Below are positions 14,740-25,483 of a DNA stretch of 64,000 bases, piece by piece (the first letter of the stretch is position 1; every line of letters starts with the position of its first letter). The notes beneath the pieces were generated by a model that saw only the letters and a program-made list of their open reading frames with translations, was not told where the DNA came from and did no database searches. This stretch comes from Candidatus Aerophobetes bacterium Ae_b3a (lineage in GTDB: Bacteria > Aerophobota > Aerophobia > Aerophobales > AE-B3A), in NCBI GenBank assembly GCA_005223095.1, contig NJBQ01000002.1, forward strand, positions 1,462-65,461. Direction: 5' to 3'. The translations under genes were made by a program, and so were the position numbers.

Positions 14740-15987
14740 ATGGTTCGCATTGGAATTGTAGGTTGTGGTCGAATCCTCAATGCTCACCTATTAGCATATA
14801 AAGCCTTACGAGAAGTTGGCGTTGATAATTTTCGGATAACTGCCCTTACAGCGAGGAAGGAAAACGATGCACTCATGTTTCTTCAACGCGGTAAGGGACC
14901 TCCACCACGACAATCAACGGTTCCACCAGAGTTGGGAGATCCTCTAGGAGCCCCTCATACCTACCTGAGCGACTTTCAGGATGATGTGAAGGTAGATATT
15001 TATACCAATTATCAAGAAATGATAGAAAAGGGACATGTAGATGCGGTGAACGATTTCACCACACTGGCGATGCACCATCAGGTAGGAGAGACAGCTCTGG
15101 AAGCGAGAAAGCATCTTCTTACCCAAAAGCCTCTGGCTATCTCGGTGAAAGCAGGTAAACGGCTTGTGGAAATGGCAAAATCTAGTGGTCTTATTCTAGG
15201 CATTGTTGAGGTTGTACGGTATGACCTTTACGCTCGGGCTCTTGCTTGGGCAGTAAGCAGGGGTTTAATTGGTAATCCTCAACTAGTCGTGATTGGATCA
15301 CTGGGAGGCTTATGGTCACCTGATCGGATTGTAGCTAACACTCCGTGGAGACACTGTAAGATTCAAGCCGGTGGCGGCGGTTCAGTGGACATTGGAGTAC
15401 ATCAATTCCATCTGCTTCGCTATGTTATTGGTGAGATTTCCTGGATTAGTGCAGTAACGTCAACTCTAGAGCTACAAAGGCATTTAAAAGATGAGAATGG
15501 AAATGTGATTGGAAGTATTTCGCCCGATGTGGATGATACTTATCTTGCGGTAGCAAGCTTTGAAAATAAAGCTATCGCCCAGCTGCTTTGGTCGTGGGCC
15601 TGCCGTGGGAAACCCTTAGAAATACCGGGCGCGCCAGTTATATATGGAAGTAAAGGATGTATCAAAGGAAAGAAACTGATTTATGATAATAACCGAGGAG
15701 AAGATCTTTTAAAGCGTTTTGAAAAAGAGATGAGTCCCGAGGAGCGAGAACAACTCTTTCCCTTTGGCTTATCGGATCCTTTTGCACTCCAACAACTCGA
15801 ATGGTTAAGGGCTATTGAGGAAGGTAGGGAGGTAGAAACCAGCGGATATGAAGGACTGAAAGATCTGGCCTGTTCCTTCGCCATGCTGGAATCTTCCAAT
15901 TTGGGCAGACGGGTAACCCCAAAAGAAGTCTTGACGGGTAGAGTATCATCTTATCAGGCTGAGATCGATTCCTATTATGGGCTATAA
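14740..15987 (+). CDS. Gfo/Idh/MocA family oxidoreductase (long form)
   Basis: 415 aa. MVRIGIVGCGRI Rossmann start, TQKPLA motif, GGAG RBS. Confidence 0.85.
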   Translation: MVRIGIVGCGRILNAHLLAYKALREVGVDNFRITALTARKENDALMFLQRGKGPPPRQSTVPPELGDPLGAPHTYLSDFQDDVKVDIYTNYQEMIEKGHVDAVNDFTTLAMHHQVGETALEARKHLLTQKPLAISVKAGKRLVEMAKSSGLILGIVEVVRYDLYARALAWAVSRGLIGNPQLVVIGSLGGLWSPDRIVANTPWRHCKIQAGGGGSVDIGVHQFHLLRYVIGEISWISAVTSTLELQRHLKDENGNVIGSISPDVDDTYLAVASFENKAIAQLLWSWACRGKPLEIPGAPVIYGSKGCIKGKKLIYDNNRGEDLLKRFEKEMSPEEREQLFPFGLSDPFALQQLEWLRAIEEGREVETSGYEGLKDLACSFAMLESSNLGRRVTPKEVLTGRVSSYQAEIDSYYGL

Positions 15988-15989
15988 AA

Positions 15990-16012
15990 GTCAGGGGGCA
16001 AAGCCCCCTGAC
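15990..16012 (+). terminator. Perfect 10-bp GC hairpin between oxidoreductase and GH2 genes (no U-tract)
   Basis: GTCAGGGGGC-AAA-GCCCCCTGAC immediately after the stop at 15987, followed by TATCTTGT rather than a T-run, so it may be an attenuator/stabiliser rather than a full terminator. Confidence 0.3.
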
Positions 16013-16037
16013 TATCTTGTAAAAAGAAAGGATAATC

Positions 16038-18254
16038 ATGAAACTCAACTTAACTGGAAGCTGGAAACTACGGGGTGAATCTCAAAAGGGAGAAGGGATT
16101 TTTCTAGGATATATAAAATCTAATCTCGATGATGCAGATTGGATTGTAATTCCAAAACTTATGCATCTACAAACAATTCTCTGCGAAGATAATCCTTACT
16201 TTGGAGAAAAGGTCAGAGCTATTAATGATAAGGCCTGGTGGTATCGTAAGAGATTTTATGTTCCTAGCAATTACAGGGGAAAAACGTTGCGCCTTCGGTT
16301 CGAAGGAGCTGACTATTATGCATCGGTGTATCTGAATGGAAATTTTTTGGGACACCACATAGGCCATTTTAATCCTTTTGAATTCGATATTACCGACCAG
16401 GTGTTTTATGAAAGTGAGAATGTCCTGGTTGTTCGAGTACGAGCACCCTGGGATGAACCCAATATCTATGCGGAGCGTCGGACATCCGACACAGTAATTC
16501 GCCAGATGGTCAAGGGACTCTATGAACATGCAGATGAACTTATTCCCCCAGTGGTTAATCCTATCGGTTTATGGCAACCGGTAAGCCTGGTAGCGTCAGG
16601 ACCCGTAGTATGCGAGCGAGTAGCAGTCTTCTCAAGAATTCTGGACGAAAAAGAAGTCGAGATTAATCTGGAATTCACACTTCACAACTATACTTCCTCT
16701 CCTCAGAGAGTGGACTGCCAGCTAACTATGGAAGGAGAGACTTTTGAAGAAATACTAATCCAGGAGCGATTCTCCACTCTAGCTTCTTCAGGGCAGTCCT
16801 CCTTAAAACAAACCTATCGGTTAAAGGATCCTAGGCTGTGGTGGCCCTGGGACCAGGGAACGCCTCACCTGCACCGACTTCTTCTGAAAACCAGCACTGA
16901 TAGTGGTGCAACTGAAACCTTTACTAAGGTCATAGGCATTCGGGAAGTAAAATTGATTCGTACGCCAGAAGAGACTAGCTTCATCATAAATGGCCGCAAA
17001 GTATTCATTAGAGGTACCCTATATATACCTGATATATACTTATCCCGGATGAATCTTGAAAAATATAAAGAAGATATGGAACGGGTAAAGGATTCCAACA
17101 GTAACCTGATTCGACTCCATGTTCATGTTGATCGTCCGGAGCTCTATGATTTGTGTGACAGGATGGGAATCATGGTCTATCAGGATTTTGAGCTTAACTG
17201 GGCCCATCCTGCTACTTTAGAGTGGGAAGAACAAGCAGTGTCTCTTTTTAAAGAAATGATTAATATGCTTCAGGCTTACCCTTCTATCATCTGTTGGTGC
17301 TGTCATAATGAACCTGTTGATCCCCCATGCAACTATCACGAACATCCTGATCCCCGCTTATATAAAGAAGCTTTGAAACTGGATCCCAGTCGGCCGGTCT
17401 TCCAAGGCTCGGGTAGAGCGGAAGATTATCAACATAGTGGCGATTCCCACAACTATCTGGGCTCTCTTTCTGAAGGTGAATACACCGACATTCTGAAAGC
17501 AAAAGAGAGATTGAATACTGAATACGGCGTGGGGGCTCCCCCTGATAGACAGGTTCTGGAACAATATCCAATTCTATATAACCGCCTTAAGAATGCACTT
17601 CCAAGGATTGAAGAATTGCAGGAGTACCAGTGTCAGCTTCTTAAATTTTACACCGAATATTATCGGTATAATAAATTCAATCCCTGCAGTGGATGTGTAC
17701 AAGTTCAATTCATTGATTGTTGGATTGGAACATTTTTTGGAGTAATAGACTACCATCGTAATAAAAAGAAGGCTTATCAAGTTTTGAAGGATGCCTTTCA
17801 ACCACTTCTGATTTGTTTTGAGTACGGCATCAATGAACCCAAAGCAATCTGGGCTGTCAATGATCTACCTAAGAAATTTCTAAATGTTACTGCGGAGTGG
17901 AAGGTTACTGATACATCGGGGAAGACGGAAGTCGCCGATGGAAAACAACTTGATATCCCCATAAACACAAGGAAGAAGGTATGCGATTTGACTTGGAAAG
18001 TAAAGGATGAGGAGCGCTATACTCTCGAACTATCTCTGAAGGATAGTTTGGGGAAAACCATTGCTGCCAATCGTTATGTTGACCCTTTTCATCCCATGAG
18101 ACGTCCAAAAGGATATCCTGAGGGATTTGACTTCTACCTTGGCATCAAAACTTTTGAACCTGAAGTACGGAATACCAAACCTTCAGACTTGTCACTGGCA
18201 TTACTGGAAAGAGTAAAGCAGGTAAATAATAGTAGCGACTTAAATGCAAGATAG
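16038..18254 (+). CDS. Glycoside hydrolase family 2 (beta-mannosidase/beta-glucosaminidase-like)
   Basis: 738 aa. N-terminal sugar-binding jelly roll (LTGSWKLRGE.., RLRFEGADYYASVYLNG). TIM-barrel motifs CWCCHNEP and NTEYG. Confidence 0.8.
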   Translation: MKLNLTGSWKLRGESQKGEGIFLGYIKSNLDDADWIVIPKLMHLQTILCEDNPYFGEKVRAINDKAWWYRKRFYVPSNYRGKTLRLRFEGADYYASVYLNGNFLGHHIGHFNPFEFDITDQVFYESENVLVVRVRAPWDEPNIYAERRTSDTVIRQMVKGLYEHADELIPPVVNPIGLWQPVSLVASGPVVCERVAVFSRILDEKEVEINLEFTLHNYTSSPQRVDCQLTMEGETFEEILIQERFSTLASSGQSSLKQTYRLKDPRLWWPWDQGTPHLHRLLLKTSTDSGATETFTKVIGIREVKLIRTPEETSFIINGRKVFIRGTLYIPDIYLSRMNLEKYKEDMERVKDSNSNLIRLHVHVDRPELYDLCDRMGIMVYQDFELNWAHPATLEWEEQAVSLFKEMINMLQAYPSIICWCCHNEPVDPPCNYHEHPDPRLYKEALKLDPSRPVFQGSGRAEDYQHSGDSHNYLGSLSEGEYTDILKAKERLNTEYGVGAPPDRQVLEQYPILYNRLKNALPRIEELQEYQCQLLKFYTEYYRYNKFNPCSGCVQVQFIDCWIGTFFGVIDYHRNKKKAYQVLKDAFQPLLICFEYGINEPKAIWAVNDLPKKFLNVTAEWKVTDTSGKTEVADGKQLDIPINTRKKVCDLTWKVKDEERYTLELSLKDSLGKTIAANRYVDPFHPMRRPKGYPEGFDFYLGIKTFEPEVRNTKPSDLSLALLERVKQVNNSSDLNAR

Positions 18255-18379
18255 TCTACTATTGACCAAAATCTTCTAGTCATAGACATTCTCTCTCCAA
18301 GTCTGCAAAGATTCATCTACTGCCTTTTCTGTAATCATCCTCTGATAATTCCACTTCTTTTGCCTTCATATCTTCCGTA

Positions 18380-20824
18380 TTAGGTCACTCTTATATTCTG
18401 AAGATTTCCATAGAGTACTTCTACATTTGACTCTTTCCTGCCAGTTTTTGGGTTTTTCTTCTGGGTGTAGATTCCCCAGGCTTTTCCTGTGCTCCAGAAA
18501 GTAGAAAAGTTGTCTTTATTTATCACTGGCCTAAAACTCATGGTCCCCTCCACCATGTCGAACCGAAATCCACTCAAAGCTAGCAATAGAGCCCAACTGG
18601 ACATGGAGCGAGCGTAATGGTGACCACACTCCACTTCATTCCAGGGGTTTCTTCTGTACCCATCGTGTCTTTGCCGAGTTGCCTTCACCATAGTAAGTCC
18701 CTCTTCAATGAATCCCTCGTAGATGAGGTGCGCAGCGACCTGGTATTCTATCCCCGTCCAGACCTCATCACAGTAGATAAAGGGAAGCTTGGGTCTCCCT
18801 CCTTTAGGCCAGGAGCAGAGCAAAAGACCTTTCTCATCATTGAGGACATAGGTGCGTTGAACATTATGATGCCCAGAAAAGCTAGTTCGGAAATTATATT
18901 TATAGATAGACAAAAGGGCTTTTCTCACATGATTTTTCGGAAGAATATACCCCAAGCCAGTGACGTGAGCAAGCATTTGGCCTAACAGTTGATCAGAAAG
19001 ACACCCTCTTCCATGTTGATAACTATATTGATTGATATCGTCCAATTTTTGGATGTAATATTCACCTTCCCAAAGCAATTCATCCATTCTCCTACTTCCT
19101 TCTTTAAGGGCATTTTCGTAGCGGATTGCGCATTCAATATCTTTCATAGATTTAGCCATTTCGGCTCCTGCTTTCAAGGCAGCGTAAAAGAGAGAGTTGG
19201 TCAACGGATTCGGACCATAGAACTCAATATCGTACGTGTTGTGTTGTTGTGCATCAAGAACAAAGTCGCCGTCAGAATCCCAGTATGAAAAAGCAAAATC
19301 CAAAGCTTTGCGTGCCTTAGGCCATAGGCCCTTGAGAAACTCTGTATTTCCACTGACCTTCCACTCACGGTAAAGACGAATTACTGTGCCAAGCTGGCCG
19401 TCAGCAGCGGGTAACATATTCTGCTTTTCTTTACCAAAAATCTGGTTGGAGCGAAATGCCATTCTACCTTCCTGGTTTGTTTCCAGGTTAAATTCGACTT
19501 TTCTCATAGATTGTTCCAGCTCTGGAAAAAGAAATGCCAGTGTCTGGGCATAATTCCATACGTGAGTACAACTTCCAAAACAACACCCTCTAATGTCGTG
19601 ACATCCTTCCCAGCCAAGAAAGGTACCATCCTCAATACGAAAACAGGTGGGACTCCTTAACACGGTAATATTGCTGGCCACTGCATCGATGACATAGCAG
19701 GGCAGGGTACTAGAAAAAAGTGCCCGATGAAAATCCCGAGATGCACGCTCTAACTTTTCCGTATTTTTAATCAAGTATTGACCCACTTTCCATGCATCTT
19801 TAAAAAGAGAGCCGTAATAGTTTCTGATGGTTTCTTTCTCAGAGCCGCAGCTACATCCCTCATCTTCCCAAGCCTTCATTCTATTGGGAAAATGCCAGGC
19901 GAGGATGAATTCAAAAGTCCTGCCTTCTCCCGGATCAAGGTTGTGGTAGATTCCCAAGGAGCCTATTTTTGGCTTTTCTCTTGAAGGTAATTCTTTCCCG
20001 GAAGCTGAACATGTCGTTTTGGCCTCCAAACTTCCATCTTCCCGGAAGTCATCCCAGAACTCCTGTATTCCATCAAACGAGCCTCCTTTGAACCACTCTG
20101 TTTTCATAGTTACATCTTTGTCAGAAGTCATCAGGGCCATACTTCCATACTGTAGATCCTCAGATGGCAAATCGGAAGAGTAGAAGAGACCCCGGGAAAC
20201 TTCTTCTTCCCGGTATTCGTTCTTACTGTTTCCTGCCAACTGAACATTCCTCCAAATATCGTATCCATCAAATCCCACTAAATTGGCCAGAGAGCCAACA
20301 ATACATATATCAATAGGTTGCTCAGAGATGTTCTTTACCTTGTAACGAATAATGGCACCTGGAATTCCTGAATCATTGGCATTTAAAGGCACAAAAGGAG
20401 TGAAGGCTTCAAGCCCCACTTCTACCGGGAGTTCTTTATCTTCAAAATCAATCCATACAAAAGGGTATTCCCCTCTCATAGTGGAGGTATCCATCCGGGG
20501 CAGTCCAGCAACTTTGCTCGAACTCAATCCAAAAGCCTTCGCATAAGGAGGATGAATCTTTGATTCCAATACCTTAGTAACCACCCGGCCTCTCTCTGAG
20601 CAAGTTCGGATAGCAAAGAAACTATAAGGGGATACGTTTCCTTTCCCTGGTGAGTTAAAGATTTCCCAATCCCGTAGTTCGCCTCTTGCCCCCATTGACA
20701 CATTGCCCGTGCCAATCCCTCCTAAGAGAAAGGCAGCTTCCCGGGCATCCCCCTTGAAACTCCTCTGGGGACTGAAGTCATACAGCTCTTTTTTAGTGTA
20801 TCTATATCTGGAATCTCCCATCAT
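18380..20824 (-). CDS. Glycoside hydrolase family 116 (GBA2-type beta-glucosidase)
   Basis: 814 aa. N-terminal GGIGTGNVSMGARGELRDWEIFN motif and a long (alpha/alpha)6-type C-terminal domain. Confidence 0.85.
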   Translation of the reverse strand: MMGDSRYRYTKKELYDFSPQRSFKGDAREAAFLLGGIGTGNVSMGARGELRDWEIFNSPGKGNVSPYSFFAIRTCSERGRVVTKVLESKIHPPYAKAFGLSSSKVAGLPRMDTSTMRGEYPFVWIDFEDKELPVEVGLEAFTPFVPLNANDSGIPGAIIRYKVKNISEQPIDICIVGSLANLVGFDGYDIWRNVQLAGNSKNEYREEEVSRGLFYSSDLPSEDLQYGSMALMTSDKDVTMKTEWFKGGSFDGIQEFWDDFREDGSLEAKTTCSASGKELPSREKPKIGSLGIYHNLDPGEGRTFEFILAWHFPNRMKAWEDEGCSCGSEKETIRNYYGSLFKDAWKVGQYLIKNTEKLERASRDFHRALFSSTLPCYVIDAVASNITVLRSPTCFRIEDGTFLGWEGCHDIRGCCFGSCTHVWNYAQTLAFLFPELEQSMRKVEFNLETNQEGRMAFRSNQIFGKEKQNMLPAADGQLGTVIRLYREWKVSGNTEFLKGLWPKARKALDFAFSYWDSDGDFVLDAQQHNTYDIEFYGPNPLTNSLFYAALKAGAEMAKSMKDIECAIRYENALKEGSRRMDELLWEGEYYIQKLDDINQYSYQHGRGCLSDQLLGQMLAHVTGLGYILPKNHVRKALLSIYKYNFRTSFSGHHNVQRTYVLNDEKGLLLCSWPKGGRPKLPFIYCDEVWTGIEYQVAAHLIYEGFIEEGLTMVKATRQRHDGYRRNPWNEVECGHHYARSMSSWALLLALSGFRFDMVEGTMSFRPVINKDNFSTFWSTGKAWGIYTQKKNPKTGRKESNVEVLYGNLQNIRVT

Positions 20825-21053
20825 ATCTCCTTTTACTATATACCTTAGCTTTCCTGTTGGACTTTATAGAATCATTGACTCCCTCCGGCTCTATATCCCT
20901 AATATTTTCACCTCACTTACTCTCAATTCAAAAGAGCCATCCTTGTTGGCCGCCTCGTAATAGAAGAGAACTCTATTGTCATTCTCCATCTCAATGTAGC
21001 CAAAATAGCGAACTGTGGACAATTTATCTGTGATGGGAGAGAAAAAGATTCTC

Positions 21054-21881
21054 CTACTTCCTAAAGTTTTCCACCAGCCAGTGATAGGTCTTCTCCACAG
21101 CTGAATCTGGATCCCCAGTATACTGAAACCCTAGCTCTGCCGAAATGAACCCCTGGTAGTCAATCACCTTCAATGTCCTTGCAAGGGAAGAGAAGTCAAT
21201 TCCTCCCTCACCAGGGATCAGGTGCGCATCAGCATCACCATGATTATCATCGATATGAATGTGAAATGGGACATTCCCTAGCCTGGTAATTGTTTCAATC
21301 GTTTCCTTGAAATCCTCACCGTTCAAGTTCATATGCCCGATGTCCAAAAGAATACCTAATTTGCCCAAGCCAATCTCATTGATCATGCGTAATGCGTCCT
21401 TAGCGGTCAGGATGAGGTTCGTTTCAAAACGGTTGGCCGGTTCAATAATAAGCGTTACAGGTTTGTCCTCTACGTATCTCACCAGTTCGGTGAAACTCTT
21501 GCGCAGTTGTGCCCAAGCGACCTTTAGATTTTCGCCTTTCAGCGCCATACCAGGACAGAGGCTCACATACGGCGCACCCAGCTTAACTGCGTTGTCAATA
21601 GCGCTCGAGACGTAGCGAACACTATCCTTGCGAATAACTTCATTCAGTGAAGAAAGAATAGATGGATAACGGTACTGCGCCGGAATGAAGTTTGGCACTA
21701 CCATGTTGTACTTATTAAGCAGTACTTTGATTTCCTCAAGTTGAGTATCTAAATCATGACCATACACATGCGGCCGTCCGCCCCAGAGTTCGATACCTTT
21801 ATACCCGTAATGGGCCAGGTGTCGAATCGCATCCTGGATTGAATAATTGAAATACACAAATGAAGATTGTGAAATTTTCAT
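21054..21881 (-). CDS. Sugar phosphate isomerase/epimerase (xylose isomerase-like TIM barrel)
   Basis: 275 aa. YKGIELWG, IIEPANRFE, LLDIGHMN and HIHIDDN motifs. Confidence 0.85.
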   Translation of the reverse strand: MKISQSSFVYFNYSIQDAIRHLAHYGYKGIELWGGRPHVYGHDLDTQLEEIKVLLNKYNMVVPNFIPAQYRYPSILSSLNEVIRKDSVRYVSSAIDNAVKLGAPYVSLCPGMALKGENLKVAWAQLRKSFTELVRYVEDKPVTLIIEPANRFETNLILTAKDALRMINEIGLGKLGILLDIGHMNLNGEDFKETIETITRLGNVPFHIHIDDNHGDADAHLIPGEGGIDFSSLARTLKVIDYQGFISAELGFQYTGDPDSAVEKTYHWLVENFRK

Positions 21882-21909
21882 AGTAACTCCTTATATAGAT
21901 AAACGCTGA

Positions 21910-22680
21910 CTATTCAAACTTACTGCCAAAATCTTCCTGGATATGCAAATCCAGGAATTTGCGCTCGCCAGATTTTCGAGCTGCCATGGCATAAATGTAG
22001 CAAATCCGTCCGGCTGGGCAACCCACGTTAGGATGATAGCCTCGCGGTATTGATATCATATCGCCATTACGTACAATCCCTACATATAGAGGATTATCCA
22101 GATTCTCATAGACGAGTTGTACGCCGAATCCTTTGCCCATGTCGAAGTATACATAGATTTCCTCACGTTGCTTGGCATGCTCGTGCGGTGGCCACGAGGT
22201 CCAGCCGCCAGGATTGCCCTGACAAATACCCATCATTAACCGGGCAGCATTGAAGTCATCACCTAGAAAGGTATAGACATGGCGCAGGCAATTCGTTTCG
22301 GCAAAGCCATATACCTTGTGTCGGTTCGGGTCCTTGGCCACTTCAGAGAAGGCAATGTGTGCAAAATCCGTGTTGCGGTCACTCAGAGCCCCTACCTGCA
22401 TCACTGTTGCTTTATGAGGTGTAGATAATATGATCCTGCTCTTGCACGGCACATAAACCATGTCTTCAAAAATTGCAGAACCAGTCTTCTCGTTGAAGTC
22501 GTAATTTACCTTTCCTGCTGTAACCACGAAAACTACTTCTTGCTTACCGGTCTGTACTATCAAAGACGGAGTGTTGCTATCTAATTCAATGCGTTTACAG
22601 GATATATACTCTAAGCCTGCTTCCTTAGGACTAACACCTTTTAGCAGATTTTCAGGCCGATAATGGTATTTTATGCTCAT
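21910..22680 (-). CDS. iolB: 5-deoxy-glucuronate isomerase (IolB/KduI cupin family)
   Basis: 256 aa. GGWTSWPPHEH..REEIYVYF..GFGVQLVY..PRGYHPNVGCPAG..YIYAMAA parallels B. subtilis IolB (G.WSSYPPHKHD..EE.YY..GF..Q.VY..P.GYHP) as recalled. Confidence 0.7.
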   Translation of the reverse strand: MSIKYHYRPENLLKGVSPKEAGLEYISCKRIELDSNTPSLIVQTGKQEVVFVVTAGKVNYDFNEKTGSAIFEDMVYVPCKSRIILSTPHKATVMQVGALSDRNTDFAHIAFSEVAKDPNRHKVYGFAETNCLRHVYTFLGDDFNAARLMMGICQGNPGGWTSWPPHEHAKQREEIYVYFDMGKGFGVQLVYENLDNPLYVGIVRNGDMISIPRGYHPNVGCPAGRICYIYAMAARKSGERKFLDLHIQEDFGSKFE

Positions 22681-22792
22681 CTTTCGAACTCCTCCATGTG
22701 TCTCATTTCTATTATCACAGACTCCCCTTATATGATGGGAGGTCTATTCTCTATCATCTGTGGCAGAATTAATATCTTAGACAAGCACGAGC

Positions 22793-23830
22793 CTACTTCG
22801 GCATGTACTTCTCATTGGGGTACATTATGATCTTGATTTCTTCCTTGCGCTCTAGTGCCTCGAATGCATCACGCCATTCCTCCATCCTCACTTTTCGTGT
22901 AATCAAGGGCAACAAATTAGCCTTGCCCATTGCCATAATCTGTAGCGCACGCTCCCAGGAGTGCCAGCCCATTGCCTGACGCACCATCTGATCGTCATAT
23001 TCCATGCCAGCCCATCCCCAGCCACCACGAACGGTCAGGCAATGATAGGGAATCATATCGAGATTAGTCTTGAAATCGCGTCCCCATAAACCGACAACTG
23101 TAACCCAACCGCCTATACGTACCATGCGAAGGCACTGTTTAATGGCTACCTCGCCGCCGGAAGCATCAATGCATACGTCCACACCTTTGCCATCTGTAAG
23201 ACGCATCACTTTCTTAACCGGCTCGTCTTCGCTGTAGAAGGTATAGTCCGCACCCAACTCTTTTGCCTTGGCCAACCGCTTGCCATCAGACTTAAGGCCG
23301 GTCACCATGACTGCACGGGGAGTAAACAGCTTCACCATTTGCAACATGGTCAGGCCGATAGGTCCTGGACCGGCAATTACAATAAAGTCACCCGGCCAGA
23401 TGCGACTGCGATACATCGCTGAATAGCTCATGCATGTCACCAACTCAATCAATGCACCCTCTTCAAATGAGAGGTTATTCGGCAAGCGATGCGCCAGTCG
23501 CTTGGGAATGGATAGAAGCGGTGCATAGGCTCCGTTTACATGGGTACCGATACGTCCCTTTTCAGTCTCCAGGTCACCGCAGATACGATCACCAACCTGC
23601 CATTCCTCACCAACCTCAGAGCCCTTTTCTGTAACCACACCGGCGTATTCGTGTCCCAGCGTTACCGGTTCTTTATGTTCTTTTTCGTCTCTCCAGATGT
23701 GTAGATCAGACCCACAGATACCCACTGCAGCCACCTCGATAAGCAGATCGTTTTGACCGACGCTAGGTTTTGCTACCTGGCGGATTCCCATATTCTCTTT
23801 ACCACATCCCCACTTTACCAATGCCTTCAT
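22793..23830 (-). CDS. Zinc-dependent MDR alcohol/polyol dehydrogenase (sorbitol/threonine dehydrogenase-like)
   Basis: 345 aa. GICGSDLH, GHEYAGVV and GPGPIGL motifs. Confidence 0.9.
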   Translation of the reverse strand: MKALVKWGCGKENMGIRQVAKPSVGQNDLLIEVAAVGICGSDLHIWRDEKEHKEPVTLGHEYAGVVTEKGSEVGEEWQVGDRICGDLETEKGRIGTHVNGAYAPLLSIPKRLAHRLPNNLSFEEGALIELVTCMSYSAMYRSRIWPGDFIVIAGPGPIGLTMLQMVKLFTPRAVMVTGLKSDGKRLAKAKELGADYTFYSEDEPVKKVMRLTDGKGVDVCIDASGGEVAIKQCLRMVRIGGWVTVVGLWGRDFKTNLDMIPYHCLTVRGGWGWAGMEYDDQMVRQAMGWHSWERALQIMAMGKANLLPLITRKVRMEEWRDAFEALERKEEIKIIMYPNEKYMPK

Positions 23831-23965
23831 TGTTTGTACCCATCCCTTTATCTATTGATTCTTTAAGGCCATAACAAATTTTAACTTGAGCTATATGCCA
23901 CATTGAAGCCAGTATATTTATGAGTAACTTCTTTGACTTTCTTCATTTATCGGCCACGGTATTCC

Positions 23966-25285
23966 TTAGCTTGATTCTTCACGCCAGGGCTTTGAATTAT
24001 CTTCCAATCGAGTAAGGGTTTCACCACCATAAGGGATGATTCCCACCTTTCCGTCCTGCCCCACAATCTCAAAGGCCCTCTTAAGAGCGGTTTGCACATT
24101 CGGTGCTGAAATAAAGCCCAAAGCCTTGATGTCCTCTTGCCAAAGGTGATTGGTTACACAGAACGTAGTAACTCTGTGGCGCAGGGTTGAATGATACATA
24201 GGGACATTTAAGCCGACAATGTCATCAACCTCCCCCCTGTCAACTGCTGCCTCGAGGTCTTTAAACGAATGGAGAAGATATTTGCGCATGGTCTTCTCGT
24301 GAGAAGGCGCATCGCCGCAGAGTCCCTCTCCTCCATCCAGTAAGAAAATAATGACGCCTTCTCTTCTAACTGCCCGGTGCGAATAGGCGTATGGTTTGAC
24401 GCCCTGCCAATAGTCAAAATAACATGGATTTGCAGAAACGATGAGGATGTCGGCCTGGCCAGGTATAGGAACAACCATCAATTTCTCGGCTGCTTCTACA
24501 CCCTTTCTATGAGCTTGAATAAAGTGTCCAGCAAAGACAGCCAGGATGTTATTCTCTTCATCTAGCACAGTATTTACGATGAAGTTAAGACCAACTTTTT
24601 CTGCTATTGTATCCATCTCTGCACGGGGCTTATTATCCCTGGTACCGATTACCTCAAGTACCGGTTGCACAACACAAGCCATAAGGTGCATCATATCAGT
24701 GGTCTTTTGGCTGCACACACCTGGCAGGATTATCTTCGATCCGCCTCCCCAACCCGAAGATATGTGAGGAACAATATTACCTATTGCAATAATAAAATCG
24801 GCCTCGATGACTTCCCGATATAATTCGATGGGTGTACCGCTCTCTGTTTTTCCAAGAGAAACAAAGTTAGAGGTGTCCCGGTAATCCCGGTTGGTCACCT
24901 CGTAATCATCCATAACGCGGCGACCCAGCTTAATCTCAAGTTCCTCCTCTGTCATCGGACGGTGGGTTCCCAGCGCCATAATGATCTGAACTCTCGATCT
25001 TGGCACACCGGCCTTCTTGATTCTTGACAAAACCTGGGGTAGGATTCTAGCACTGGGAGTTGGTCGGGTGATATCATCAGTTAACACTGCCACACGATTC
25101 TTAGGTCGGATGAGCTCCTCGAGTTTACCGGTGCCAATTGGAGTTTCCAGAGCTTCTTTGATCACCCTATCCTCTTCGGGGACCTGATCAGGCTTCAGTG
25201 GTACCGCATTAAAGAGGAAATTATCATCATCGATCTTGACCTGCGTAGTAACACCTTTTTTAAAGGGAATTGTATAAAGACTCAT
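23966..25285 (-). CDS. LarA-family nickel-pincer-cofactor-dependent 2-hydroxyacid racemase/epimerase homologue
   Basis: 439 aa. PIGTGKLEEL, DDITRPTP, ALGTHRP (catalytic His region) and GGGSKIILPG (Lys corresponding to the NPN-tethering Lys of LarA) all align with L. plantarum LarA as recalled. Confidence 0.85.
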   Translation of the reverse strand: MSLYTIPFKKGVTTQVKIDDDNFLFNAVPLKPDQVPEEDRVIKEALETPIGTGKLEELIRPKNRVAVLTDDITRPTPSARILPQVLSRIKKAGVPRSRVQIIMALGTHRPMTEEELEIKLGRRVMDDYEVTNRDYRDTSNFVSLGKTESGTPIELYREVIEADFIIAIGNIVPHISSGWGGGSKIILPGVCSQKTTDMMHLMACVVQPVLEVIGTRDNKPRAEMDTIAEKVGLNFIVNTVLDEENNILAVFAGHFIQAHRKGVEAAEKLMVVPIPGQADILIVSANPCYFDYWQGVKPYAYSHRAVRREGVIIFLLDGGEGLCGDAPSHEKTMRKYLLHSFKDLEAAVDRGEVDDIVGLNVPMYHSTLRHRVTTFCVTNHLWQEDIKALGFISAPNVQTALKRAFEIVGQDGKVGIIPYGGETLTRLEDNSKPWREESS

Positions 25286-25483
25286 TTACTAGTTCCTCCA
25301 AAAATTGCTTAATTTTTGGTTCTTGAATCCCCCTAAGAATTAGTAACCTTCTCTCTTCATTATCGGAAAAGGTAGTGAATCCTCACCATATTTTTTACAA
25401 TTCTCCTCCATCCCCAGTTAAGGTCTTCCAGGAGATACACACTAAACATTCTTATTTCGCTAACAAATTTTCTGTTATTCTTA

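Noticed and set aside
20891-21040. Possible short ORF between the TIM-barrel gene and GH116 (..ITDKLSTVRYFGYIEMENDNRVLFYYEAANKDGSFELRVSEVKILGI*)
   Set aside because: There is no credible start codon or RBS; only an internal ATG giving 31 aa. It may be a gene remnant, but I could not assign it.
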